Shown here piece after piece: positions 61,901 through 64,000 of a DNA stretch of 64,000 bases (its first letter is position 1; each line of letters begins with the position of its first letter). This DNA is from Catajapyx aquilonaris (taxonomy: Eukaryota), in contig KZ538532.1 in assembly GCA_000934665.2 (NCBI GenBank), positions 1 to 64,000 on the forward strand, read 5' to 3'. Under the pieces are notes generated by a model. The model had not been told where the DNA came from and did no database searches. It saw only the letters and a program-made list of their open reading frames with translations. Position numbers and translations under genes: made by a program.

Positions 61901-63344
61901 TTGCAAATTTTTTCTCTAGAGCCAAGGTTGTCATATGATTTCCAACTTGTCACTTTTCTGTCACATCCCACATGGCACCTGGCAGAGCGCAGCTTTCTAG
62001 CTGACATTGACCTCGCACTCTGGGCTTATCATTCAGTTTTAAGAAAATCAGATCACATCCTCCAAATCATAATTTGGAACCAATTTTTAGAGCCCAGCAT
62101 CTCAATTGAGTGCACTGTCCAAGGTTGGGTCAATAGAAGAAATCTGATCACATAAAGGAAATATAACATTTCTTTTTTTGTGGACACTGTTTGGAAAAGA
62201 TCACAATTTCTCATAGAAAGGTCTACGCTGGAGTGAATTAGTCGTAATTGTTATAGTGACCTTTATTGTTTATTTCAGGGGTGTAGAATCATCATCAAGT
62301 TCAGATTACGACCAGTGTGTGAAAATTGCTGAGACGGTTGTGAATGAACATGTGCACCAGCCCGCAGAGATTAACAAGAGGGAAGTAGCTGCATTCTCTT
62401 ACTACTTTGACAGGGCTGTAGACGCAGGACTCATTGACCCCTCCACTGGTGGGACTGTCCAAGTACAGCACTTTTATGATGAGGCCAGGAGAGGTAAATG
62501 AAGAACATAATAAGTTTTATCATAGTAGGAGTAAAACTTTCACTAGAAAACCTAATGGTCAGGTATGGCAAATGCAGTAGCAGAGTGGTTCCCAACCTGT
62601 TTTCGCTCGTGGCACTCCTATGCACACCGAAAATTCTGAAGGCACAACTTTACCACTAGGTATAATACTGGTCTTTGTAGTTTGTTCTATGTACTTCTTA
62701 CGAATTGTCATAGGCAATATTTCACACTGAAAAGTGAAATATAGGGTTGCATTACATTTCACCCAGTATAATTATGACACTTGATATATAAAATTATAAC
62801 ATCCTCAATTTCTAATTTCATTTTCACGGCGGAGAACTATATGATGTGCAGTTTTTTTTTGCGGCACCCCCCTGTTGGGAACCACGGCAATAGCAATTGC
62901 AGTAGTAAAACTGCAAACCTTACCATCTGGTGCTGATTGATCAGTTGCTGTACAGGATAAATATTGATCTCAACAAGCATTGGTCTGCAATCATTTTCTA
63001 GCTTTTTTTGTCTTATGCAATGGAACCTGCATCAATGTATATTGAGTTGCAGAATTGTGTCAGATTTGTTGCATTTTTGCCCAACTTTTCATACTAGCAT
63101 GCAGCATTGCTAATCCAGACCACCCACTGCTATGTTTGGACTTGACATACATTGCTACCCTTTTACACAAAGGTTTTGGATTAACAAGTGACCACATGTT
63201 ACAGGTATGTGAATGAGTTTTATTAATATCATCATTTTTCCACTAAAATGAGTATCCTATTCACAGATTATCAAGAAGATAGATGGTCATGAAGTTAGTT
63301 GGGCTTTAGGAGCTGCGTATCACATATTAGAGAATGGATTTTGA
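52939..63344 (+). CDS. NTPase: Ectonucleoside triphosphate diphosphohydrolase 5/6-like (GDA1/CD39 family, insect NTPase)
   Basis: Exons [52939-52947 MAE, tentative], 53845-54136 (TM + VIDAGSTGSRV), 58843-59178 (KPGLSSF, ATAGLRLLP, EEGLFSWFTVN), 61364-61679 (LDLGGGSNQ, SYLGLGLMAAR), 62279-62493 (FSYYFDRA), 63098-63204 (CLDLTYI), 63267-63344 (EVSWALGAA...*). All phases are compatible; alternative start ATG at 53905. Confidence 0.93.
54612..54906. mobile_element. Harbinger-like MITE
   Basis: ttaggcctttttcacatggggccaccatggcagcgctgcc mirrored by ggcagtgctgccatggtggcctcgtgtgaaaatagcctta. Confidence 0.7.
56814..56954. other. Assembly gap (N run) between poly-G tracts
   Basis: 141 consecutive N. 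Confidence 0.98.
57215..57536 (+). mobile_element. tRNA-derived SINE (family A)
   Basis: A/B boxes, ATT-rich tail, TSD tgtaaacagtatgt at 57200-57213 and 57537-57550. Confidence 0.85.
58114..58788. mobile_element. Long foldback element (~300-bp arms), TAA TSD (PIF/Harbinger-like)
   Basis: TAA-caagggaacggtcagggtcg...ccgatttggttgaaactggcttgaggggtcattca mirrored to ...cgaccctgaccgttcccttg-TAA. Confidence 0.85.
59300..59742. mobile_element. Foldback element
   Basis: agcccccagcaactccct...ggagccctgtaccaa...acttctgaac mirrored by gttcagaagt...ttggtacagggctcc...agggagttgctgggggct; central hairpin ~59474-59558. Confidence 0.75.
60223..60958. mobile_element. Mariner-derived element with ~220-bp inverted arms and an internal transposase fragment
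   Basis: TA-caagggttggattt ... aaatccaaccctag-TA; - strand HAVPEGRTVNAQNYRDFLEHHLRAAIRRKRP (mariner catalytic-domain segment). Confidence 0.8.
62581..62888. mobile_element. hAT-like MITE
   Basis: gtggttcccaacctg ... tgttgggaaccac, similar TIR to the 26809 element. Confidence 0.55.
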
Positions 63345-64000
63345 GCTTGTTTTGCTAAATCCATTGTTAGAGATTATACTATGCAGTAATTAATTCATGG
63401 GTTGCTTCAAAAGTTATGAAACATATTTACTGAATGCCTAAATATTTATAATGTTGAAATTAAGCTCACTTTGAAGGGTTTGTTAAGCTCCTTCAGCCAT
63501 GGTCTACATATGGTACACTAATCCTCTAAAAAATTGAAATAGGGTGATGATCCCAGATTCTTTTTGGATTTATGCCTATTTATATCCACAAGCAATAATT
63601 GCCAAGGATAGTGGGTGTCACCAAGTCTTGGTCAGCTTGCATAAGCCAAAGATGGGTGCATAGTTTCTGTGCAGTGCATGAAACAAGTTTCATGCTATAC
63701 AAGGCAGTAGTGCTGCCACTGGTACCGAACATTACCTCACTTAAAGCGGCATGCCACAATAACCACGGTAGATTTCCATAATTTGGATCCTTGTCAAATA
63801 TTTTATAATGCGTTTCTTAGGTCGTACTAAAATAATGCTATGGTGATAAATGGACAAGTACAGGGCTGTGAAAATATGCAAGTTCGTCTGTTGCACAGTG
63901 CATAGTATGTGACAATCCCTACCCACCAAAAACCTTTCTGTAAAAAAAAGGCCAAGTTCTCCTGACTGCTTGGCCGTAAAAAGTGGTGAGATCTGAAATA

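Overview
Eukaryotic genomic DNA with spliceosomal introns, most likely an arthropod/insect (inferred from protein similarity and repeat types; the species cannot be determined). Five protein-coding loci could be reconstructed by hand from GT-AG exons: (1) a minus-strand gene (~581-14455) whose N-terminus resembles IFT46 but continues into 39-aa H-x-C-x4-C-x2-C tandem repeats instead of the IFT46 core; (2) a divergent Zucchini/PLD6-family HKD nuclease gene (16873-17753, +); (3) a MATH-BTB (SPOP-like) gene (23383-25081, -) whose formerly continuous ORF is split by a 689-bp insertion with a 5-bp TSD; (4) the DPF/d4 (Requiem + C2H2 + double PHD) gene (33683-52350, -); (5) head-to-head with it, a GDA1/CD39 NTPDase gene (~52939-63344, +). 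A full-length but frameshifted LINE (RTE-X-like, 14-bp TSD) lies between the convergent zuc-like and SPOP-like genes. Introns and intergenic DNA hold tRNA-derived SINEs, mariner/hAT remnants and more than 30 inverted-repeat (MITE/foldback) elements, including mariner derivatives whose two ends are both copies of the transposase 3' end. No single novel system is proven. The best leads are the divergent Zucchini paralog, the IFT46-like chimera and the possible transposon-created intron. Family assignments come from remembered motifs, not database searches.
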